Shown one piece after another: positions 38,799-55,820 of a DNA stretch of 64,000 nt. Under the pieces are notes generated by a model that saw only the letters and a program-made list of their open reading frames with translations, did no database searches and was not told the DNA's origin. Made by a program: the position numbers and the translations under genes. Positions within the stretch are counted from its first letter, which is position 1; each line of letters opens with the position of its first letter. Origin of the DNA: Monocercomonoides exilis PA203 (lineage: Eukaryota; Protista; Preaxostyla); the NCBI GenBank assembly GCA_001643675.2, contig LSRY02000042.1, forward strand, positions 372,001 to 436,000, read 5' to 3'.

Positions 38799-40632
38799 TT
38801 TTTCTATTAATTTATTAATTAATAAATTAATTTTTTTCACCCCCCCCTTCCAACAGAATCTGGTGAAATATCATCTTCCCATTGTCTTCAAAGTGCTCAA
38901 TGAATGCAACCTGCCTTCGGTTGAGCTGGCTCTGCTGAAAGTGATTGGAAATATCTCTTTCTTCAATTCGGCTGTTTGTCAGGTGTGATATTTCTATTTA
39001 TTATTATTATTATTATTATTATTAAATATGAAATATTTTTAAATTTATCTTTTTTTTTTTTTTATTTTTCTATTAATTTCATTTGTTTATTCTTTTCTTT
39101 CTTTCTTTTGTTTTCTTTTATTATCTATTTTAATATTTTTTGTAATTATTTCTTTCTTTTCTTTTCTATTTTCTCTTTTTCTTTCTCTCTTTCTCTCTTT
39201 CTCTCTTTCTCTCTTTCTCTCTTTCTATTTCATTCAAACTTATTAAAAAATAAAAAAACAAAATAAAAGAGATTAATTCAAAAAGGAGTCTTGCCGATTT
39301 TATTGAAATTTCTGAGGAGAGATTTTTTGAGCATTCGACAAGAAATCGCTTTTATTTGCTCAAACATTGCAGCAGGCGATAAAATGGAAGTATTTTTTAT
39401 TATTTTTTTCAATTTAAGCGTCTATTCATTTATTTTATTTATGATTAATTTTGCATTGTTGTATGCATGTATTTATTCTTTTCTTTCTTTCTCTTTCTTT
39501 CTCTCTTCTTCTTCTTTCCCCTTCTCTTTCTCTCTCTCCCTTCCTTTCTCCTCTCCCCTCTCCCCTCTCCCCATCTCCCTCCTCTCCCCTCTCTCCCTCT
39601 CCCCCTCAGATCCGCTCTCTTTTCCACAGCACCCTCGTCTCCTCTTTCGTCCAGCTCTTCCACAACGGCACCATCAAGCCCACAAGCGGCATAGCTGATT
39701 ACACCATGCGAATGATGAAGAATTTAAGCGATTGCTATTTCGGCTCTTTTCAGCTGGTCAAAGAAAAAGCTTTGCTTCCAATTTGCCTTGTGTTAAAGGA
39801 AGGAATGGAAAAGGCAGTGGGAGAAGCGATTTGTGCACTGGAGAATATTCTGGAGGCGAGCGTGAGGGTGGGGAGGAGGAGGAGGTGTGAGGGAGAAGAA
39901 GGAGAAGGAGAAGGAAGGGGAGAAGGAGAAGAAGGAGGAGAAGAAGAAGAAGAAGAAGGAAAAGAAGTTGATATTGTGAACAATGCAAATAATAACACAC
40001 CAGTTTCATTTCAATCTTCGTTCAATTCTTTTTCTTCTTCCTCTTCCTCCTTCTCTTCCTCTTCTTCTCCTTCTTCTCCTTCTCCTCTTTCTTTCTCTTC
40101 TTTCAATCCACCCCTTGATTCACCACCACTTCATTCAAATCAGCTACAACAAAATTCTTCTTCTTCTTTAACTTCTTCTTCTTCTCCTTCTTTTATCAAC
40201 CCTTCCTCTTCTTCATTTTCTTCTTCCTCCTCTTCTTTTTCTCCTTCTTTATCTTCATTTTCACCTTCATCATCATCATCATCGTCATCGTCAACAAACC
40301 AAACACAATTTCTCCTTCCTCCTCCACCTCCTCCTCCACCTCCTCCACCTTTCACTTCTTCGTTCACTTTTTCTCCTTCCTCTTTCATTCAACCTCTTCC
40401 TTCTTCCTTCAATTCTTCATTTCCTTCTTCTTCACAACCTCAATCTCATTTTCAATCACAGTTACCATTTCAGTCATCGTCTTTATCATCATCATCATCA
40501 TATCCCTTCCCTTCCTCTCCTTCTTCTTCTTCTTTTCCTCCTCCTTCTTTTTCTCTTTCTTCTTCTTCTTCTCAACCTTCTCTTCTCCCTCCTCCTCCTC
40601 CTTCATTATCATCATCTTCTTCCCCTCTTTCT

Positions 40633-40671
<39 letters not shown>

Positions 40672-41196
40672 TCTTCTTCCTCTTCTTCTTCTTCCTTCGA
40701 CATCGATGCAGAATTCAAAGAAGAGCAATTTTTGTTCCAAAGACCACGCAAAACGAGGCTGACTGATGAGATTGTGAATCAGCTGTTCGAATTTGGCGGA
40801 GTGAAAGCGCTGGATTTCTTGTCAAAAAGGGCAAAAAACAAGAAAATTAGGAAAATGGCGAGGAAAATACTGGAAGATTATGTGGATGATGCGTTTGAGG
40901 TGTATGAAGGGTATGAAGGGGAAGGGGAAGGGGAAGGAGAAGGAGAAGGAGAGGAAGGAGAACTGTTTGAAGAGGGATATGAAGAGGAGGAAGGAGAAGG
41001 AGAAGGAGGAGGAGGAGGAGGAGGAGGAGGAAAAGAAGGAAAAGAAGGAGAAAAAGAATATAAAGGAGGTGAAATGAATAAAATGAACGAAAAGAATGTT
41101 AAGAAAGAAGGGAAAGAAGGGAATGAGGGAGAGAGAGGAAAAGGAAGTGAAGAAGATTGGAAGAAGATGGAAAGCGATGATGGAGGAGGATATTGA
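36838..41196 (+). CDS. Importin-alpha-like ARM-repeat protein, multi-exon, with long poly-Ser/Glu insertions
   Basis: ARM motifs PKFQKEAIWILLNI, ICWLLAHLAFDSTEVRNY, LKVIGNI, IRQEIAFICSNIAAG and ALENILE, plus C-terminal FGGVKALDFL...IRKMARKILEDY. GT-AG introns join these in frame. Confidence 0.8.
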
Positions 41197-42259
41197 ACGG
41201 ATGGTTGTTAATAATAGATTTTTCAGCCAAATTGGAAAAGATACAAGTTTTTATAATAATAACAATAATGTTGTGATTTTAATGGTGACACAGATATTAA
41301 CAGAAAATTTTAATGAAGTTAGGTCACAAATTGTGTTAAATGGGTTAATATTGGAAGTTTGTTAGCATGAAAATGAAGAGTTTTAGACAAAATTTTGATT
41401 CTTTAGATATCTTCTTCATTGAAATGATTGTTAATTAAAAAAAAAAAAGTTATGAAATGAAGAAGGAAAAGGAGAATGAGAAGGATAAAAAGAATTGGGA
41501 TTCATTTATTAAAAAAACAGATTCGAATTCTGAAATACATTCAGATAATAAAAAGTTTCAATGATATCTTTTGAATATGCAAAGTTTGAAGATGTGCTTA
41601 TTTATTCAATTTATTGTATTTATTCATTATTTTAAACATTCATTTGTTTACAATGAGGAATTAACCGTGATTTCGTTTTGTTATTTGTCTAATTGAAAGT
41701 TCTTTTTAAAAGGATTTTAAACTTTAATTTTACTCATTCTAAGAAATTTTTTATTTTACAATTGTTTCTGTTGTTTTCTGATGTCTTTGTTAGTAGAAAT
41801 AACAATTTCTTTTTATGTTATTTCTTTCTTTTACTTTTATTTCTTCTTTTTTTATGTTTTTTTTAAAGTATTTGAATAAACATTCGTTTATTAGAATCAA
41901 AAACCTTATATTTCTGTTGTTTGAGAACAAAAAAGAATTTTCATTTAAAATTAAAATGTAGAATCTTATTTTGTGCTCTTCCTTTGAGACACAAATTAAA
42001 ACTGCTATTGCTTTGTGAAGTGATAGAATAAAAAAATTTTTTTTTAATTAAAATAAATAATCATATGAAATTGAAATGGATAGACAGTATATAAAAAATC
42101 CACAAAAAACAAACATGAATGAACAATATATAAAATATTTTTATTTATTTCAAAATTTTTAGAAAAATTTTATTTTTTTATTTTATTTTTTATTTTTGAA
42201 TAAATTTACTCAATCTCAATTTCTTTCTCACTTTTCATTCTTTTATTCCCAAAAAATCA

Positions 42260-47709
<5,450 letters not shown>

Positions 47710-47860
47710 TCAAAAATCTCTAAAATTTTCTACGGCTCCTTTGAATAACTCTTTTATTACAAAAATTAAATTTCAAAGATCCAATTTGATATATTATTAA
47801 ATTATAAATATGTCATTTTTATAACACATTTGGTTGAGATCATAAAATTTTGGTGGATTT

Positions 47861-48854
47861 ATGAGTTATAAAGTCGTTTTTTTGGGTGAAGGCATGAAAT
47901 GAGTTTCATTCAATAATAATGCATATTTAAATATTTAACGTTCTTAACTTTTAATTTTATTTTGTGACAAATGTCCACATTTTTAATTAAACTCAACTTA
48001 ATTTTGTGCAACTCAATTATCATGTGTTTTTATCAGGGAGAGTTGGTAAAACATCTCTTATATACCGTTTTACGAAAAATATATTTAATGAAAAACAACC
48101 TCAGACAGTGGGCGCTAATTCTTTTCTTCATAAGATAAAATTGTGTGGCTCTGTTTCAACTTTGGATATCTGGGTTTGTTCTAGTAAACATTTTTATGTT
48201 TTAAATTTAAAATGTTAACTTATATGCGATATGTGAATAGGATACGGCAGGTCAAGAAAGGTTTGCTTGGGTATTTTTTCGGAAAAATCAAATTTCAATC
48301 CCCGTTTCAGGCATGTTGCACTAGGGCCCATATATTATAGAGACGCACAAGGGGCGATACTTGTTTACGATATTTGCGATATCGATTCATTTATAAAAGT
48401 GAAGAAATGGGTTAGGGAATTACATGAAATGGTTGGGAAGTCAATAGTAATTGTGATATGTGGGAATAAAATTGATAGAGAGAGAGAACGAGTTGTTGAT
48501 TTGGGTGAAGCAGAGGCGTATGCTTTTAATCCTTTTACGTTATTTTTTTATACATTTTTTTCATATTTTCAAAATAGTTATGCTGCAAGTGTTGGGGCAA
48601 CTCATTTCACAACTTCTGCTAAATCTGGCAGAAATGTACAGGAAGTATTTGCAACACTGACTCGAGGTCTGGGAGTTTTCCAAGAATTGATTTGATCATT
48701 CAGTCTTTTCAAAATTCATTAACATTTTTTATTGCGGAAAATAATCCTAGAAATGCGAATCCGTTCAAGTCCTATGAGTCATAAATCAGGAGAAGAACAA
48801 GGTCTTCGTGTTGGCGATAGAAAAGTTGAAGAAGACTCTTCATGCTCTTGCTAG
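47861..48854 (+). CDS. RAB21: Rab21-like small GTPase (6 exons)
   Basis: Exons 47861-47891, 48037-48173, 48241-48260, 48311-48517, 48578-48666 and 48751-48854. Motifs: YKVVFLGEGRVGKTS, WDTAGQER, ALGPIYYRD (Rab21 signature), GNKID, TSAK, C-terminal CSC prenylation motif. Confidence 0.93.
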
Positions 48855-49204
48855 TTTATTTGTTGGATTTTTAAATATGAATTTATTTTTATTGACACAT
48901 TTTAATTATTTTAAATTTGAACATTCTAAAGCTTCATGTTGAGGAGTTATATTTTTTAATAATCGTGGCAGAATTGTTGATCTGTCTTTGAACGATAAAT
49001 TATTTGAGTGTTTTTTATTATGAGACTTTTATTCTTTTTGTTTTTCTTATTTTAAATTTATATCTATTTTTTATAACATGCTGAGCTTTTCAAAATTGCG
49101 AAGCATATCTTGAAATATTTCATTTTAACATTCATTTTATTGTTTCAATTTTTTAAAATATAACTACCCATAATAAATTATTTGTTGAAAATTTCATTTT
49201 GAAA

Positions 49205-50065
49205 ATGATGCCTCTTGTTCAGCAAAATGAAAATTTGCTATTTCGCGAAATTGAGAAAGTGAAAATTCAACAATACATTACCTTTGTTTGAGCTAATTTA
49301 ACTTTTTATTTTTTACACTTTTTTATTTTAGCCAATTAATTCTTTCTGTATTATTTCGGGCCCAGTTGCTTGCGGAAAACTTATGACAGCTGAAACTGCT
49401 TTAAAAAACATGAGTGCGCCATATATAAAATTCGATTGCACAGAAAGATTTGTGCCCAGCGCTTTGTTTCGTTCAATAATTAATTTTTTATTTGGTGTGA
49501 AATAAAATAAAAATTTAAACAATTAAAACTTTTCTTTATTTCAATTAGGAATTGAATTGGTCCCATCATCGTATTCTCTAGATGATGAAACATTCTTACT
49601 GTTGATTGGACAGTATTCAAAGTACATGTCGAATTTTTCAAACGAAAAAATAGTTCCAAAAATATTAATACTAAAAAAACCAGAAAAAATTGCACTAAGA
49701 AATAGATTTCTCACATCAGAGCTGTTGTCAACCCTTGAAACAGCAGTCAAACTTGTTTGCATGTTTTTATTAAAATTATTTTAATGCAACTTTTTTTCTT
49801 TAACAGTTTTATCATATATTCAAGATTATTATCATTACAAATTTTCATTGGTCACGGTTTTTATCTGATCTTCAATCGGACCCATTTATTATCCCATTTT
49901 CTGGATTCACAAAAGGTTTGAGTGTTTTTTTGTGATCATAAAAATTCTGAATGAAAGATTTGAAAATTTTTTTCTTTTTCTTTTTCTTTTTCTTTTTCTT
50001 TTTCTTTTTCTTTTTCTTTTTCTTATTTTTTTTCTTTTTCTTTTTCTTTTTCTTTTTTTTTCTTA

Positions 50066-50097
<32 letters not shown>

Positions 50098-51657
50098 TTT
50101 CTTTTTCTTTTTTTTTCTTTTTTTTTCTTTTTCTTTTTCTTTTTCTTTTTCTTTTTCTTTTTCTTTTTCTTTTTCTTTTTCTTTTTTTTAGAACAGCAAA
50201 AACAGATAGCGCAGAGAATTCTTCCAGACGTTGTGCAGCCATTCATAAATGTTTGTTTTACAATTTTGGGGAAGCATACCAATTCTGTGGCAACTATCAT
50301 AGGGATAGGCCGAAAAATAGCTCAATTGCTGTCAACTTCAAGCGAGGCAGAGAAAAATGAACGCATTGAATTTTTGACTGTTTACCGAAATGTATTCATT
50401 TTGGAGTGCTTCAAGCACAGAACAATGCCTCCCGAGCGAATCATGGCGAATATCCTATCAAACAGCAGCAAGAGCTCGCCTTCTTCATCCTTTTCATTGC
50501 TTGGGAAAGCAGATTCTCCGTCAAACGCATTCTCATTGCAGCAAGCGAAGCCGAAGACAGTCATCTATCCGTCTGCGCAGACAACCCTCACACCTTCTCT
50601 TACCCTCCACCGCCATTCGGTCGACTTGGAATGTTCGAATTCTCTCTTAGCACTCGACAGAAGAACACAGTTTTTGGTGCTTGCTGCTTTTCTGTGCAGC
50701 GCCATTCCGTCTTCGTTCGACAAAGACCTGTTTCAGAGGCACACCGCTGCGGATGCGGGGAGATCGAGGCGAAAAGGAGGAGGAGCGAAGAAGAAGAAAG
50801 GACCAGTTTTTCAGGTTTGTTTCGAGTGGGAGGTTTTTTTTTTTAACATTTTTTGATTTTAATTTGAAATAACCAGTGCAAATTTTTAAAAAAAATTTAT
50901 TTTGATTTATTCTTTCGTTTTTTTACACATTTTTCTATTCATTCTTTCTTTCCCATTCCTCTTAAACATCAATCAAAACAATGAAAAACAATGAAAAAAA
51001 AAAACAATGAAAAAAAAAACCCTTTTTTTTCAGGGCAGCAACATCTACACCTTCCATCTGTCGAGGCTGTGGATGGTGTTTGACGATGTTATTCCTCTCT
51101 CTCTCAGGCAGCATTCGATCACAGCCACAAAAACATTCACTCAGCAGCTGGCAATTTTCGACAGAGAGAAAAAAGAACGAGAGTTAGAGCGCCAAAGAGA
51201 AGAAGAAGAGCAAAGGTTGTTTGGCGAGAAAGCAAAAAAACCTTTCAAAAAGCAGTTGTTTTTAGGGCCGAACGGATTGAGTCGAGAGAAACCGCAGTCA
51301 AGTGCAGTGAGTCTGTATTCGCACAATGACATGTATATCAACACTCCTCCGTTACATCTGTCAGATTTTCAGTCTCTGTGTGTGCTCGCCAGACTGAGGC
51401 AGATCCTGCCAATGGCATCTTCAGGTGCTTCAAGTGCTTCAAACACTTCTGCGCAGGCATTCAGCACAAAAACTGCTTCTTCTTCTTCGTCGCATTCTCT
51501 TTCCTCTCGCCCTGTCCCACTGCTTGCGAGCCAAAGTGTTGTTGCAACAGCCAGCCAAAGCAGAAACGCTTCGTTTGTTTGCTTAACAAGAGTCAGAGAT
51601 GCAATAACTCTTGCTCACTTTATTGGATTTGATTTAAATAATTATTTGTCTTTTTGA
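49205..51657 (+). CDS. ORC5: Origin recognition complex subunit 5-like AAA+/winged-helix protein, multi-exon
   Basis: Walker A region IISGPVACGKL...PYIKFDCTE. Middle ITNFHWSRF...PFIIPFSGFTKEQ. ORC5 C-terminal motifs TQFLVLAAFLCS.IP...DKDLF, F.LSRL and C......TLAHFIGFDLNNYL. Confidence 0.8.
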
Positions 51658-52112
51658 AAAAAAGATTTTTTTTTTATTTTTTTGTTTGTTATTTGGGGCA
51701 GAATTCTTTCATTTTTGAAAAATTTAATGATTTGTTCCAATCTTTTTCTGCAATAGTATGATTATAATTCAAATATTATCGTGTTATATAAAATATGAAA
51801 ATATAAAAAATTTAAAAAAAAAATCTTTTAAAGAATTTTGTGGAACAAAATTCATAAAACAAAAAATTTTGTCCCATTTGTAAACCATTTAATAAAATAA
51901 AAATCTTTTTAAAAAAAAAAAATCGAACATTTAAAGCATGACAGTTAAAAGGTTAATTTGTATTTTAAAAGCTATTTCAAAAAATTAATTATAAAATAAA
52001 CAAAAATGAAAATAATCATAATAATAATCACAAATTTTAACAAAAAAAAAAAAAATAAAAATAAAAATAAAAATTTCAAAAAAAAAAAAAACATGTTTCA
52101 AAAATAAAATAA

Positions 52113-52143
<31 letters not shown>

Positions 52144-52233
52144 TAAAAATAAAACTAACATTTCCAATTTGTCAAAACAATTGTTATGATTTGAAATAAA
52201 TGAAGAAAAAAATACTTGTAAAAAGCATATCAA

Positions 52234-53839
<1,606 letters not shown>

Positions 53840-55615
53840 TTTTGGTGAAGAATTTCATTCAGAAAATAACCCCATTTTCAGAATTTATATTAAATTCGCA
53901 TATGTTTCGATAGAAGAAATTGATGATTTATTAAAAACTCAAAATAACTATAACATTATCAGCACTCATACCATTTTTTCTTGCGTTGACATTTTTGACT
54001 CCTAGCAACAGAGAAAAACAGCTCTTCCAATTATTCAATTATATTATAATGGACTCTCAGATCTGAAAGATATTCAAATTGCTTTTCCACAACATAATGA
54101 GAATTCAATGAATGTTCACTAACATCGACATATTCAAGGAATTCATGGGATAAACATGAATCACAGGAAAGACAATGCAAACCATCGAATTCTTTCAAAT
54201 TATTTTATTATTTGTTCGACTAATGAAATGCAAAAATTTTATTTTTTGAATGAAAGTATCTGAATGTGTGTATAACATATTTTTTTATTCATCTGAATTA
54301 TATTTCTATCTCCAACTTTACCATTGGCCAACAAATCAGACTGGCTTCAAAAAAGAGGAGAATCTTCTTTTTTTTCTTGGAAGAATATTTCTTGAATGCG
54401 ATAAAGGACATATTAAACGAAACAGAACAAATGGATTGGTAGTGCGTCTGGTGTCAACATTTTTTGAGAAAGAAGAAAAGAGTCTCACATTTTTCTGAAA
54501 GTTGGAAAGCAACTCATTCAAATGTGGGATATGGCTGAAAAAGAATGGTCAGCGAAGCTTTATAAAAGAGTTTTGAAAAAATAATGAAAAATGAATTTTT
54601 GTGATGAAATATAACATTATCAGAAGAATACAACATTGAAACAGGTTTCAACCTTTCTGAAAGCTTGCTGTTTTCATTTTAAACTTTTTGAAATGATTGC
54701 GCGAAAAATTCTGTTGAATGGAGAGTGATTGAATGGCTTTGGAAAAGAGTCAGAAAAAATAGTTGAAATCAATTCAAATTTGAGAGAACAAAACATTTGT
54801 TTTCTGGTTTCAAAAACATGAATGAAATGATTATCATTATGAAATCAATGAATTTATTTTGTAAATATATGTTAAATAACGTGAATGCAGTAAATTTTTA
54901 TAATTGATTTTGGAGATCTTGAAATATTTGTTGAAAATAAACAATTTTGATAGAACGCAGTGAGACAGGTTTTGCTCCGAAATAATGAGTTTGATCTTAA
55001 ATTATGGGTGGTTTGAGTGAAAAACTTCGCCCTCCCAAATGACGTGGAAAAAAGGGCGAGATGAAAAAACAAAACAATAGCATTAAAAATTAATAATAAT
55101 AAAATAAAATAATGCATTGTCCGCTTCACTTCACCACCGACTTCGCCTTTTGCCATGGTCTCGAAGACCAGAGGGCAGGGGGCATACCCCTCGGAGCTCC
55201 CTCCTGCAGGCTGTGCAGGGATCCGGTGAGGCGAGTGTTCTGTTCGGAGCAGAAAGAAAAACCACTCTCGCTTTCGCGAGGCGTGGAAAAGAAAACTGCG
55301 TGTATTATGCTCTGCCTCCCGCTCTTCTGCTGCATCAGCAGAGCAACCCCAATCATCACACACTGCATATTTAACATTTAATTCTTCTCTGTAAAAACAA
55401 TACTAATCTTGTAAAGGAGTAGGATCATGCTTGAACTTTTTATTTGTTTCCATGTTTCTCTAAACAGGTTCTAGGTGCACTTGATATCTCTGGACGGATT
55501 ATCTCTTTCTATCTCCTCTGCTATCTCGCCACTTTTTTCTCGTCCTATTCTTCACCCTGTGTTTCTCTCTCATCTCGCACCCAGCCGCTCTGAGTCTCTC
55601 CATCCGCGTTAGTAA

Positions 55616-55712
55616 TATTTCGGAGCAAAACCTGTCTCACTGCGTTCTATCAATTCGCAATAGAGCGAATATCCGAACGCAAGGAGCAGGTTTGCTCCTC
55701 AATAATGAGTTT
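55616..55712. other. DIRS internal complementary region (ICR)
   Basis: 55616-55653 is the exact reverse complement of the left terminus (54947-54984). 55650-55712 is the exact reverse complement of the right terminus (61109-61171). The two halves overlap at TCAA. Confidence 0.95.
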
Positions 55713-55820
55713 TGAAACCCCTCGTTCTCTTCTCTCCTCTGATCTTAAACCCTCCGGCCTAGCACCTTGTCGTGCGGCGGATGAACAGAGGGACTGCGGA
55801 TGAAGGTGCGGCCTCTATCC

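Noticed and set aside
55745-55815. HDV-like or hammerhead ribozyme just after the YR stop
   Set aside because: A GGCC-GCACCTT/AAGGTGC-GGCC stem is present, but I could not place the nested pseudoknot or CUGAUGA/GAAA core.
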